DNA of 63,978 nt, counting the filler, from Sandaracinaceae bacterium (GTDB lineage: Bacteria > Myxococcota_A > Polyangia > Polyangiales > JADJQN01), in the NCBI GenBank assembly GCA_947483975.1. It is 4 parts of 4 records of this genome, joined end to end, with 100 filler letters (N's around TTAATTAATTAA, not from the genome) between each part and the next. Parts side by side here need not be neighbours in the genome. Positions count along the whole stretch, not along the records: positions 55,914 to 63,978 come from CANKOL010000248.1; 3 more parts are not named here. The stretch is one strand, 5' to 3'. Below, one piece after another: positions 55,814 through 63,978 of the stretch. The position numbers and the translations under genes were made by a program. The notes beneath the pieces were generated by a model. The model made no database searches, was not told the origin of the DNA, and saw nothing but the letters and a program-made list of their open reading frames with translations. How positions within the stretch are numbered: the stretch's first letter is position 1; the number at the start of each line of letters is the position of its first letter.

Positions 55814-55913
55814 NNNNNNNNNNNNNNNNNNNNNNNNNNNNNNNNNNNNNNNNNNNNTTAATTAATTAANNNNNNNNNNNNNNNNNNNNNNNNNNNNNNN
55901 NNNNNNNNNNNNN
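55814..55913. other. Artificial contig-joining linker
   Basis: N44-TTAATTAATTAA-N44. Confidence 0.99.
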
Positions 55914-57008
55914 GGCGTGCTGCGGGAGCACGACGCGGAAGGTCGTGCCCTCGCCGACGATCGACTCGACCTCGATGCGCCCGCCGTGCTCCTCGACGAT
56001 GCGTCGGGAGATCGCGAGGCCGAGCCCGGTGCCTGTGGCCTTGGTCGTGTAGAGCGGCCGGAACACCTCGCCGAGCTCCGCGGCGGGGATGCCGCGCCCG
56101 TTGTCCCGTACCTCGAGCGCGATCTCGCCCTCGACCGCCAGGGTCCGCACCTCGATGGTCCCGGGGCGGGTTGGCTCCTCGGGCATCGCCTCGGCCGCGT
56201 TCACGACGAGGTTGATGATCACCTGCGACAGCTGACCGGTGTGCCCGAGCACGAAGCAGCTCCGATCGAGCGCGAGCGTCACCGTCGCGGCGAGGCGCAC
56301 CGCCGGGCGCGCGAGCCCGACGCTCGTCTCGATCACCTTCGAGAGGCGCACGGCCTCCGGGACTCGCGCGTCTTGCTGCGAGAGGGGCTTCAGGCCCGCG
56401 ACGATGTCGCGGATGCGGAAGATCCCCTCGAGCGCGTCTCGGAGGGCCTCGTCGGCGAGCCGCTCGGCGTCCTGCGCTTCGGCTGGAGTTGGCGGCGCCC
56501 CGGCGCTGCCGGCAGCCCGACGCGGCGCCGCAGCGCGGTGCGCGCGCAGCGTCTCGAGCGCGTCCTCGAGCAGGCGCAGGTTGGCGAGCGCGTACGCCGT
56601 GGGGTTGTTGATCTCGTGGGCGACGCCCGCCGCGATCAGCCCGACGGACGCGAGCTTCTCGGCGCGCACGAGGTCGGTCTGCGCACGGCGAAGCTGGAGG
56701 GCCTTCTCGCGAACCTGCTCCTCGAGGTCCGTCTCCGGGCGCGTCGCGCGGAGAAACCCGCGGGCGAAGGCGATGAGGTGTCGGAGCGTGAGCAGCGCGA
56801 GGACGACCGGCATCACGTGGGGCGGCAGCGGCACGACGCCGAGCCGCCCGAGCGCCTCGAGGAGGAGCGCGCCCACAGACGCCAACACCATCCACGGCGT
56901 GCGCGGGTTGAGCAGCGCGGGCCGACTTGCGCGGACGGACGCATAGATCAGCGCGTCGAGCGCCGTGGTGCCGGCGCACAGCGCGACGATGAGGTTCTCA
57001 ACCAGCAC
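55914..57008 (-). CDS. Membrane-bound sensor histidine kinase (NtrB-like); last codons lost at the contig end
   Basis: Three N-terminal TM segments, H-box AHEINNP, N-box QVIINLVVNA, DNGRGI and TTK..GTGLGL. Confidence 0.92.
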
Positions 57009-57038
57009 GATGAAGGGTGTCCTGCGTGCCCGAGGCGG

Positions 57039-60000
57039 TCAGCGCCGTCGCGGGGGGGGCGGCGGTGGCGGTGGCGGTCTTGACGACTGGTCTTGACTGC
57101 GCGCCGGGGGAGGCGCCGGGGGAGGCGGCGGGGGAGGCGGCCGAGACGACTGATTCGTCGGGCGCGGCGGGGGCGGCGGCGGCGGGAACGACGTCGCTGG
57201 ACGGGGCGGCGGGATCGATGTCGGGCGCGCGAGGGAAGCGACTTCTTCGGTGAGCGGGTCGAGCTCGTCGAGCTCCTCGTCGAGGTCCGCCTCGTCGAGC
57301 TCGCCGTCATCGAGCTCGTCGTCACCGACCTCGACCGCGTCGTCGTCTACCGCCTCGTCGCCGACCGCATTGTCCTCTACCGCGTCGGCCTCGACCGCGT
57401 CGGCCTCTACCGCGTCGGCCTCGACCGCGTCGTCGCCGACCGCCTCGTCCTCTGCCGCCTCGACGTCGGCCTCGCTCGCGACGGTCGAGAGCTCGGGGAG
57501 CGCGACGAGCCCGCTCGGATCGACGAGCTCGGGCTCGGGCTCAGCCCGCGGAATGGGCGCGGCGGAGAGGCGCATCGCCGGGTCGGTCATCTCCTCCGAC
57601 GCCTCCCAGGGAGCGCCGGGCAGGTCGTCGCCACCGCTCGTGACCTCGTCGCCTTCGAGGTCGACGGCGTCGCCGAGGCTGACCTCGCCGGTGAGCTCGA
57701 GCGGCGCGCCGCGGTCGTCGGCGGGCACGACTCGCTCGCCGGTCTCGTCGTCCTCGTCGAGCGTGCTCGCGTCGGAGGGCTCGCTCGGCGGCGCAGGCTC
57801 GGTGGAGCGCCCGGGCGGCGGGGACTCGAGCTCGTCGTCGTCGTCCCGGCTGCCGCGGCGGGTGTTCTTCTCGAGGCGCGCGATCGCGGCGAGCGCTTCG
57901 TCGTCGCCCGGGAGCTGCGCGCGCACCTTCTTCCAGACGTCGAGCGCCTCGTAGGCGTTCTTGAGCGCGCCTTCCCAGACGCGGGCAGAGTCCTTCAGCA
58001 GCGCGCCCCGCTCGACGGGATCCTTCGTCGTCTCGAGCTCGCGGTCGATGGCGACGAGCACGTCCTGGTGCCGACCGGCCTTGCCGAGACAGAGGCGCAG
58101 CTCGCGCGCTGCCGTGCGGTCGCCCGGCGCGAGCGTCAGCAGCTGCCGATAGACCTCGGCCGCGTCCGCCGGGCGGCCCAGCTTGTTGGCGAGGAGCGCG
58201 CCCCGCCTCCGCGCGAGCTCGGTCGCGGTCTTCGGGTCGAAGGCCTCGCGCACCAGCTCGGCGAGGAGGGCGTCGAGCGCGGGGAGCTTCTTCGTGCGCT
58301 CCGCGAACGCCGTCACCTCGTCGAGGACCTCGACGCTCCCCGGGGTCGCGGCGGCGGCTTGCTTCAGCGCCTCGAAGGCGCGGCCCTCGTCCTTCAGCTC
58401 ACCGTCGAGCAGGCGCGCCGCGCGCGTCAGCAGCTGCGCGGAGTTCGTCGCGTCGGGCGCGCTCTCCGCGAGGCGGAGGTAGATCCCCACGAGCGCGCGT
58501 CGGGCCCGGTCGTCGCCGATGCCGGGCTTGCCCGGGGCTCGCTGCGCAGCGTCGAGCGCGCGCACGGCGGTCTCGACGACGTCGACGAGCGCGGGCGTGC
58601 GCGCCGCGAGCGCCACGGCCTGCGCGATGTAGAGCATCGCGCGCTCACGATCTTGCACCGGGCCGTCGGCGACCTTGGCCGCGCGCAGCAGCGTCTCGAC
58701 GCGTCGGGCGTCGTCCGTCGCGGCGGCCTTGCGGCGCTCGTAGACGATCAGCAGCTCCTCGGCGCGCTCCGCTCGCGGCGCGAGCGACTCGGCGAGGGCG
58801 AGCACGTCGTCGTCCTCGGGCGCGAGCGCGCAGGAGCGCAGCGCGCGGTCGAGCGCCCCGCTCGTGTCGCCGGCCTTTTCGTCGAGCAAGCGCGCGTGGC
58901 GGACGAGCAGCGTGACCTTGACGGACGGCGTCTCTGCGCGCCGCAGGAGCGCGTCGTAGACCTGCCCGAGCCGCGCCCACGCCCCCGCGAGCGACGCCAG
59001 GCGGTCGGCCTCGTCGAGCCGCGTCGCGTCCGAGAGATCGAGCGCGAGCGCTCGCAAGACCGCCTCGAGCGCGCGCTGCGTGTCGCCGAGGTACGTCTCG
59101 TACACGCCACCTGCGTCGGACCAGCGCTTGGCCTGCGCGGCCGGCGCGGCCTCGACCGCCTGCGCGAGCTGCACGTACAGCTCCGCGAGCGCCTCGCCGC
59201 CTGCGCCAGGCTTGCCGTGCGTCTCGTGAGCGAGCGCGCGCAGCGCGTCCTCTGCGAGGCGATCGCCGGCATCCTGCACGCGCTCCGCGAGCCGCGTCCA
59301 AGCGCGCCCGGCGTCGTTGAGCCGTCGCCACGCGAGGTCCGCTGCGCGCAGCACGAGCGCGCCGACGACGTCCTCGTCCTGCTCGAGACCGGCGAGCGAG
59401 TCGAGCGCGTCGACGAGCTCGCTCCAGCGCTCGAGCGGCTCGAGCAGCGCGACCAAGCGTTGCTGCGGCGCTGCGTCGGTGACGTCCGCGTCCGCCCAGG
59501 CGTAGAGCGCCCGCACCGCGCGCGGCACATCGTGCAGGCGCTGCTCGTAGAGCTCCGAGAGGCGCTCCGCGATCGGCACGCGGAGCCCGGCGTCTTCGGT
59601 CGAGGCGAGGTGCCGCTCGAGCGACTCCGCGAGGAGCGCGTCGTCCGCGAGCTGCTCGCCGAGCGCGACGAGGCGGAGAATCGCTGGCAGATGCACGCCG
59701 TCGAGGTGGTCGAGCAGATCGCGCAGCACCGGCACCGCGTGCTCGGGGCGCAGGAGCTGCGTCGTCAGCACGTCCGCGCGCTCGACGAGGAGATCGCGGG
59801 CGTTTTCCGTCGGGGAGACCTTGGCGAGGCGCGCGAGCAGCGCCTCGAGCTCGTCCGGCGCCGCGCGGCGTCGGGCGCGGTCGACGAGGGAGCGCAGCGC
59901 CTCCTCGTCCTCTCCCACGCCGAGGACCTCCTGCCACGCCTCGGCGGCGGCGTCCTCGTTGCGCACGCGCGACTCGAGGATGCGCGCGATGCGTCGATAG

Positions 60001-62294
60001 AGCTCGGCGCGGACCGCCGCGTTCGTCTCCAGCTCAGCGCGCCCGCGCAGCAGCTCCACGAGGTCGCGGTAGCGAGCGGCGCGATCGTAGACGTCGCAGA
60101 GCGCGTCGAGCGCAGCCGTGTCGCTCGGGGCGAGGTCGAGCGCCTGCGCGTAGTACTCAGCGGCGCGATCGAGGTCGCCGACCCGCTGGTCGGCGAGGGC
60201 GCCCATGCGGGCGAGGATCTGCGCGCGCTCTTCGGGCTGCCCGATCTCGGCGCGGTAGGAGAGCGTCTGCAGCAGGCGATCCCAGCGCTCTGCCGCCGCG
60301 TCGATGCGCTCCATGCGGGCGAGCACGTCGAGGTCGCCCGGCTCCTCATCGAGGAGGCGCGCGGACACCTCGAACGCGCCCTCGACGTCCCCAAGCTGCT
60401 CGTCGAGCACCGCCGAGAGGATGCGCAGCAGGCGGACGCGCTCGGGGCGTGTCGCGCCGTCGATGCGCTGCCGCAGCAGCGGCACCGCCTCGCGGAAGCC
60501 GCCGAGCTCGAGCAACACATCGCAGAGCTCGTCGCGCGAGGACTCGTCGTGCGGCAGCAGCTCGCGCAGCTTCTGAAAGGCGTCCGCCGAGGAGGCGAGG
60601 TCCTGCCGTCGCTCACGGTGCAGGCGCGCGAGCCTGCGGAAGATCTCCGCCTTGGTGTGCGGGTCGAGCGTCGAGATCGCGTCGCGCTCGAGCACCTGCA
60701 CGAGCTCGTCCCAGCGCTCGAGCTTCTCGAGGAGCTTGCCGAGCGTCGCGCGCGCGTCGGCGTCCGCCGGGTCGAGCGAGGTGACGGAGCGCCAGGCGTT
60801 GGCCGCGCCGTCGAGGTCGCCCATCTTGTCGGCGCTGAGCGCGGCGACCTCACGCAGCCGCTGCTTGCGCGAGTCGACGGTCAGCCCAGGCACCCGCGCG
60901 GCGGTCAGCAGCAGGTCGCGCAGCTCCTGCCAGGCGCTGCGCCCGCGCAGCTCATCCTCGAGGAACGCGAGCGCGTCCGGGCTCGCGGGGTCCACCTGCA
61001 GCAGCTCGTAGGCGCGCTCGGCGGCGCCCGCGCGATCGCCCTGCGCGACGAGCACGTCCATCATCTCGCGCAGGCGCGGCGCGCGCTGCTCCGGTCGGAG
61101 GCCGGCGACCGAGACGCCGAGCGCGCGCGCGACGTCCGCCCCGCGACCGACCTGCCGGTACAGCTCGATCAGCCGCTCGGCGGCGGCCGTGTCGCCGACG
61201 TCGAGGAGCGGCTCGAAGCACACGATGGCGTCCTCGGGCTGCCCTGCGTCGACGTAGGCCTCGCCGAGTCGGCGCCGCATCTCCATCGCGCCGGGGGCGT
61301 CCGACGCCGCCCGCAGGAAGGCGACCCAGCGCACGGGCAGCAAGTCCGGGCGCGCGATCTCGAGCGCCGCTTGCTCGAGCAGCGCGATCGCCCCGTCGTG
61401 ATCGGGGGCCGCGTCGAGCGCGGACTCTGCGTACGCGACCGCGTGCTCCGGCGGGACGCTCTGGGCCATCTGGTAGAGCAGATCGGCCGCTTGGCGTCGG
61501 TCCCCGTCGCTCGTCGCCGACGAGCCGTGCTTCTCCGCGCGGCGCAGGAGCATCGTGGCGAGATCGTGCATCACGCCGAGGTCGCCCGGCGCGTGGCCGA
61601 GCGCGTGCCCGAGCGCGCCGATCGCGCCCTCGAGATCCGTCAGGCGCTCGGCCCGCAGGTGCGCGAGCTCGCGCAGCAGCGAGACGCGCCGCGCGAGGTC
61701 CGTCTCGGCCGCGGCCTCGAGCTCGTAGAGCTGCGCGGTCGCCTTCAGGTTCCCCGCGGTGCGGTAGATCTCTCTCGCCGCGTAGATCGCGGGCACGAGC
61801 TGCGGGTCGAGCTCGAACGCTCGCCGGTAGTGGAGCACGGCGCGATCGGCCCGCTGAAAGCGCTGCTCGTAGAGCTCCCCGAGCTGCAGCTGGATGGCCG
61901 CGCTCGCCCGCGGATCGCCGCCCGCCTGGAGCGTCGCCTCGGCGCGTCGCTCGAGCAATTCCGCGAGGCGTCGCGCGTCGCCCGCCTCCTCGGCGAGCGC
62001 CTCGAGGCGCTGGAACGCCTCGGGCGACGCCGGGCTGCGCTCGAGCGTCCGCTCGTAGAGCGCGATGCCGCGCGGGCGATCCCCGAGCGCGCCGAGCGCG
62101 AGGTCGGCGGCTTCGAAGAACGCCTGCGCGCTCGCTCGCGGGTCCGCCGCGCGCGATGCCCAGCCCTCGAGCAGGTTGACGAGCGAGGGCCAGTCGCCCT
62201 GCTGGTGGTAGTGCGCACGGAGTGCGACGAAAGCCGCGTAATCGTCGGGGTTTCGCCGCAGTCGGGCGATGAGCTCGTCCGCTGCCGAGTGCAT
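57039..62294 (-). CDS. Giant TPR-repeat protein (~1750 aa) with acidic and poly-Pro C-terminal tail
   Basis: Many myxobacterial TPR units (LA.L..E.L.D..A...Y..AL.L.P.D..AL..L..L) from ATG 62294, followed by a D/E-rich segment and QSSRPPPPPPP repeats. Confidence 0.88.
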   Translation of the reverse strand: MHSAADELIARLRRNPDDYAAFVALRAHYHQQGDWPSLVNLLEGWASRAADPRASAQAFFEAADLALGALGDRPRGIALYERTLERSPASPEAFQRLEALAEEAGDARRLAELLERRAEATLQAGGDPRASAAIQLQLGELYEQRFQRADRAVLHYRRAFELDPQLVPAIYAAREIYRTAGNLKATAQLYELEAAAETDLARRVSLLRELAHLRAERLTDLEGAIGALGHALGHAPGDLGVMHDLATMLLRRAEKHGSSATSDGDRRQAADLLYQMAQSVPPEHAVAYAESALDAAPDHDGAIALLEQAALEIARPDLLPVRWVAFLRAASDAPGAMEMRRRLGEAYVDAGQPEDAIVCFEPLLDVGDTAAAERLIELYRQVGRGADVARALGVSVAGLRPEQRAPRLREMMDVLVAQGDRAGAAERAYELLQVDPASPDALAFLEDELRGRSAWQELRDLLLTAARVPGLTVDSRKQRLREVAALSADKMGDLDGAANAWRSVTSLDPADADARATLGKLLEKLERWDELVQVLERDAISTLDPHTKAEIFRRLARLHRERRQDLASSADAFQKLRELLPHDESSRDELCDVLLELGGFREAVPLLRQRIDGATRPERVRLLRILSAVLDEQLGDVEGAFEVSARLLDEEPGDLDVLARMERIDAAAERWDRLLQTLSYRAEIGQPEERAQILARMGALADQRVGDLDRAAEYYAQALDLAPSDTAALDALCDVYDRAARYRDLVELLRGRAELETNAAVRAELYRRIARILESRVRNEDAAAEAWQEVLGVGEDEEALRSLVDRARRRAAPDELEALLARLAKVSPTENARDLLVERADVLTTQLLRPEHAVPVLRDLLDHLDGVHLPAILRLVALGEQLADDALLAESLERHLASTEDAGLRVPIAERLSELYEQRLHDVPRAVRALYAWADADVTDAAPQQRLVALLEPLERWSELVDALDSLAGLEQDEDVVGALVLRAADLAWRRLNDAGRAWTRLAERVQDAGDRLAEDALRALAHETHGKPGAGGEALAELYVQLAQAVEAAPAAQAKRWSDAGGVYETYLGDTQRALEAVLRALALDLSDATRLDEADRLASLAGAWARLGQVYDALLRRAETPSVKVTLLVRHARLLDEKAGDTSGALDRALRSCALAPEDDDVLALAESLAPRAERAEELLIVYERRKAAATDDARRVETLLRAAKVADGPVQDRERAMLYIAQAVALAARTPALVDVVETAVRALDAAQRAPGKPGIGDDRARRALVGIYLRLAESAPDATNSAQLLTRAARLLDGELKDEGRAFEALKQAAAATPGSVEVLDEVTAFAERTKKLPALDALLAELVREAFDPKTATELARRRGALLANKLGRPADAAEVYRQLLTLAPGDRTAARELRLCLGKAGRHQDVLVAIDRELETTKDPVERGALLKDSARVWEGALKNAYEALDVWKKVRAQLPGDDEALAAIARLEKNTRRGSRDDDDELESPPPGRSTEPAPPSEPSDASTLDEDDETGERVVPADDRGAPLELTGEVSLGDAVDLEGDEVTSGGDDLPGAPWEASEEMTDPAMRLSAAPIPRAEPEPELVDPSGLVALPELSTVASEADVEAAEDEAVGDDAVEADAVEADAVEADAVEDNAVGDEAVDDDAVEVGDDELDDGELDEADLDEELDELDPLTEEVASLARPTSIPPPRPATSFPPPPPPPRPTNQSSRPPPPPPPPAPPPARSQDQSSRPPPPPPPPPRRR
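57330..57452 (-). repeat. In-frame 15-nt degenerate tandem repeat (~8 copies) encoding DAVEA-like units
   Basis: EAVGD DAVEA DAVEA DAVEA DAVED NAVGD EAVDD DAVEV. Confidence 0.85.
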
Positions 62295-62408
62295 ATGCAG
62301 GGCAGACCCTAACACGGACCGGCCGGGCGCCGGGTTGCCTATTGTGCAGAAATTGTCCACCCACCCCCGGCTTTGCCCCGAGCGACCGACGTGGCTAAGT
62401 ACCCGCCC

Positions 62409-63008
62409 ATGCCGACCGCATCGCTCCTCGCCAATGACCCGCTCGTTCGTTTCCACGCAGAGTTCGAGCGCGCGCGCGGCGTCGAGCCGCACGACGTCAC
62501 CGTCGTCGCGCTCGCGACCGTCTCCGCGCAGGGGGCACCCTCCGTGCGCTACGTGCTCCTCAAGGACGCGGACGCGCGCGGCTTCGTCTTCTACACGAAC
62601 CGCGAGAGCCGCAAGGGCGAGGAGCTCGCCGCCAACGCGCACGCCGCGCTCGCCTTCTTGTGGCCGAGCATCGCCGTGCAGGTCCGCGTCGAGGGGCAGG
62701 TCGAGCTCGTCAGCGACGAGGAGTCGGACGCATACTTCGCGACGCGCCCCCGCGGGAGCCAGGTCGGCGCCTGGGCGTCGCAGCAGAGCCGCCCGCTCGC
62801 GTCGCGCAAGACGCTCGAGGACGCCGTCGTCGAGTACGAGCGGCGCTTCGACGAGCCGGGCCCGGTGCCGCGTCCGGCGTACTGGGGCGGCTACCGCCTG
62901 GTGCCGAGCCGCGTGGAATTTTGGCAAGGCCGCGAGAGCCGCCTGCACGAGCGCGACGTCTACTTGCCCGACGGCGCCGGCTGGCGCGTCGAGTCCATCT
63001 ATCCCTGA
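62409..63008 (+). CDS. pdxH: Pyridoxine/pyridoxamine 5'-phosphate oxidase
   Basis: LATV...PSVR.VLLK, GFVFYTN.ESRKG, QVRVEG, YF.TRPRGSQ.GAWAS.QS, WGGY and EFWQG..SRLH.R. Confidence 0.96.
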   Translation: MPTASLLANDPLVRFHAEFERARGVEPHDVTVVALATVSAQGAPSVRYVLLKDADARGFVFYTNRESRKGEELAANAHAALAFLWPSIAVQVRVEGQVELVSDEESDAYFATRPRGSQVGAWASQQSRPLASRKTLEDAVVEYERRFDEPGPVPRPAYWGGYRLVPSRVEFWQGRESRLHERDVYLPDGAGWRVESIYP

Positions 63009-63041
63009 GGCTTCGGCGCCGCGCCTTTGCCTCGCGTGCGC

Positions 63042-63978
63042 TCAGGCGTCGGTCGGCAGGGGCTGAGAGAGCAGCACGCTCTTCGACTCCGGGTCGAAGG
63101 TCACGATCAGCTGCCCGAGCACGAGCAGCCCGAGCAGCCCGTCGATGCGCGTGCCCGCGATGCGCGCGAGTTCGTCCGGCACGAGCCCGACGACCGCGGG
63201 GATGCCCGCGACGACGGTCGTGCCGAGGTGCAGCTCGGGCACTTGATAGATGCGAATGTTTGCGGGCGCGCCGGGCGGTGACTCGAGGGAGCTCGGGTCG
63301 ACGCCGGCGGCGCGGACCGCGCGCGTCGTCAGCGCGATGGGCAGCGCGGCGGAGGTGTCGAGCGCGAAGAACGCTGGCGGCGCCTCGTTGATCGACGCGC
63401 GCACGGCGAGCAGCGTGCCCTCGAAGGCGAAGAGGTCGAGGCGCTGGGCGCCGTTCGTGGGAGGCGGTGCGCTCGCCGTGCGGAACGTGACCGTGCGCGC
63501 CGGACCGTCGAGCGTCGCGTGCAAGCGCACGAGCAGATCCGCGCCGATGACGGCGCCGATCTCGACGCCAGCGGCGCGCGAGACGTCGGCGAGATCGCGC
63601 GAGATCGCGGGCACACTCTCGACGACCAGCGCGCCGAGCGCGACGCGGCCGAGCACCGTGCCCGCGGGTGACACCGCGTCGTCGACGACCGTCGTGCCCG
63701 CTGCGGTCGAGACGAGCGCGTTCACCGCGTGCCCGTCGACGTCGATGCTCACCGTCGCGAGCGCGTCGGGCGCGCTCGACGCGAACGAGAGGGTCGCCTC
63801 CGCAGCGCCGGAGGTCGTGTAGCCGTGGCGCCCCGCCGCGGCGCGGAGCACCGGCAGCATCGCCGCCGTCCAGCCGTCGGGGGGCTCGTGCGCGTCGATC
63901 GACTCGACGTCCGCGAGCGCCTCCGCGAGGTTGCCCTGCGTCATCTGCGCGCGCGCGCGGAGCCTCACGAGCGCGGGA
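63042..63978 (-). CDS. Protein with two retropepsin-like (aspartyl protease) domains, 5' truncated by the window end
   Basis: V.VDG..VNALVSTAA...GAVIGADLL and V.ASIN....FALDTSA...DGLLG, preceded by a TPR-like helix. Confidence 0.7.
   Translation of the reverse strand, partial: PALVRLRARAQMTQGNLAEALADVESIDAHEPPDGWTAAMLPVLRAAAGRHGYTTSGAAEATLSFASSAPDALATVSIDVDGHAVNALVSTAAGTTVVDDAVSPAGTVLGRVALGALVVESVPAISRDLADVSRAAGVEIGAVIGADLLVRLHATLDGPARTVTFRTASAPPPTNGAQRLDLFAFEGTLLAVRASINEAPPAFFALDTSAALPIALTTRAVRAAGVDPSSLESPPGAPANIRIYQVPELHLGTTVVAGIPAVVGLVPDELARIAGTRIDGLLGLLVLGQLIVTFDPESKSVLLSQPLPTDA

Overview
Very GC-rich bacterial DNA, most consistent with Myxococcota (probably Polyangiales). Support for this comes from a MYXO-CTERM protein, MopE-type Cys repeats, an FHA-GAF sigma54 activator and a giant TPR protein. 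The window is four contigs joined by artificial 100-nt N/TTAATTAATTAA linkers (18707-18806, 37325-37424, 55814-55913), so adjacency across a linker has no biological meaning. Contig 1 carries a TonB-dependent receptor and rpoN-hpf...rapZ, interrupted by an opposite-strand block (xdhC, single-chain xanthine dehydrogenase, M20 amidohydrolase). It also has an orphan OmcA/MtrC-type decaheme lipoprotein with a Cys-repeat stalk, followed by a PpiC foldase. Contig 2 carries the nrdJ 3' end, a sigma54 activator, lipoproteins, lnt, bioA, a Cld/HemQ-family protein, a CoA-transferase, a coupled pair of Cys-rich surface proteins (vWA/MYXO-CTERM and FGE-fold) and ftsK. Contig 3 carries an NAD-linked formate dehydrogenase with fdhD, and a reductive pyrimidine catabolism cluster running directly into panB-panC without panD. 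Contig 4 carries a histidine kinase, the giant TPR protein, pdxH and a retropepsin-like protein. The most notable signals are the orphan stalked decaheme cytochrome, the uracil to beta-alanine to pantothenate coupling, the Cys-rich surface pair, a 123-bp MITE-like palindrome, an exact 34-bp tandem duplication and repeated leaderless-type starts. No rRNA, tRNA, CRISPR array, transposase or integrase was recognised. All calls come from motif reading by eye; no searches were run.
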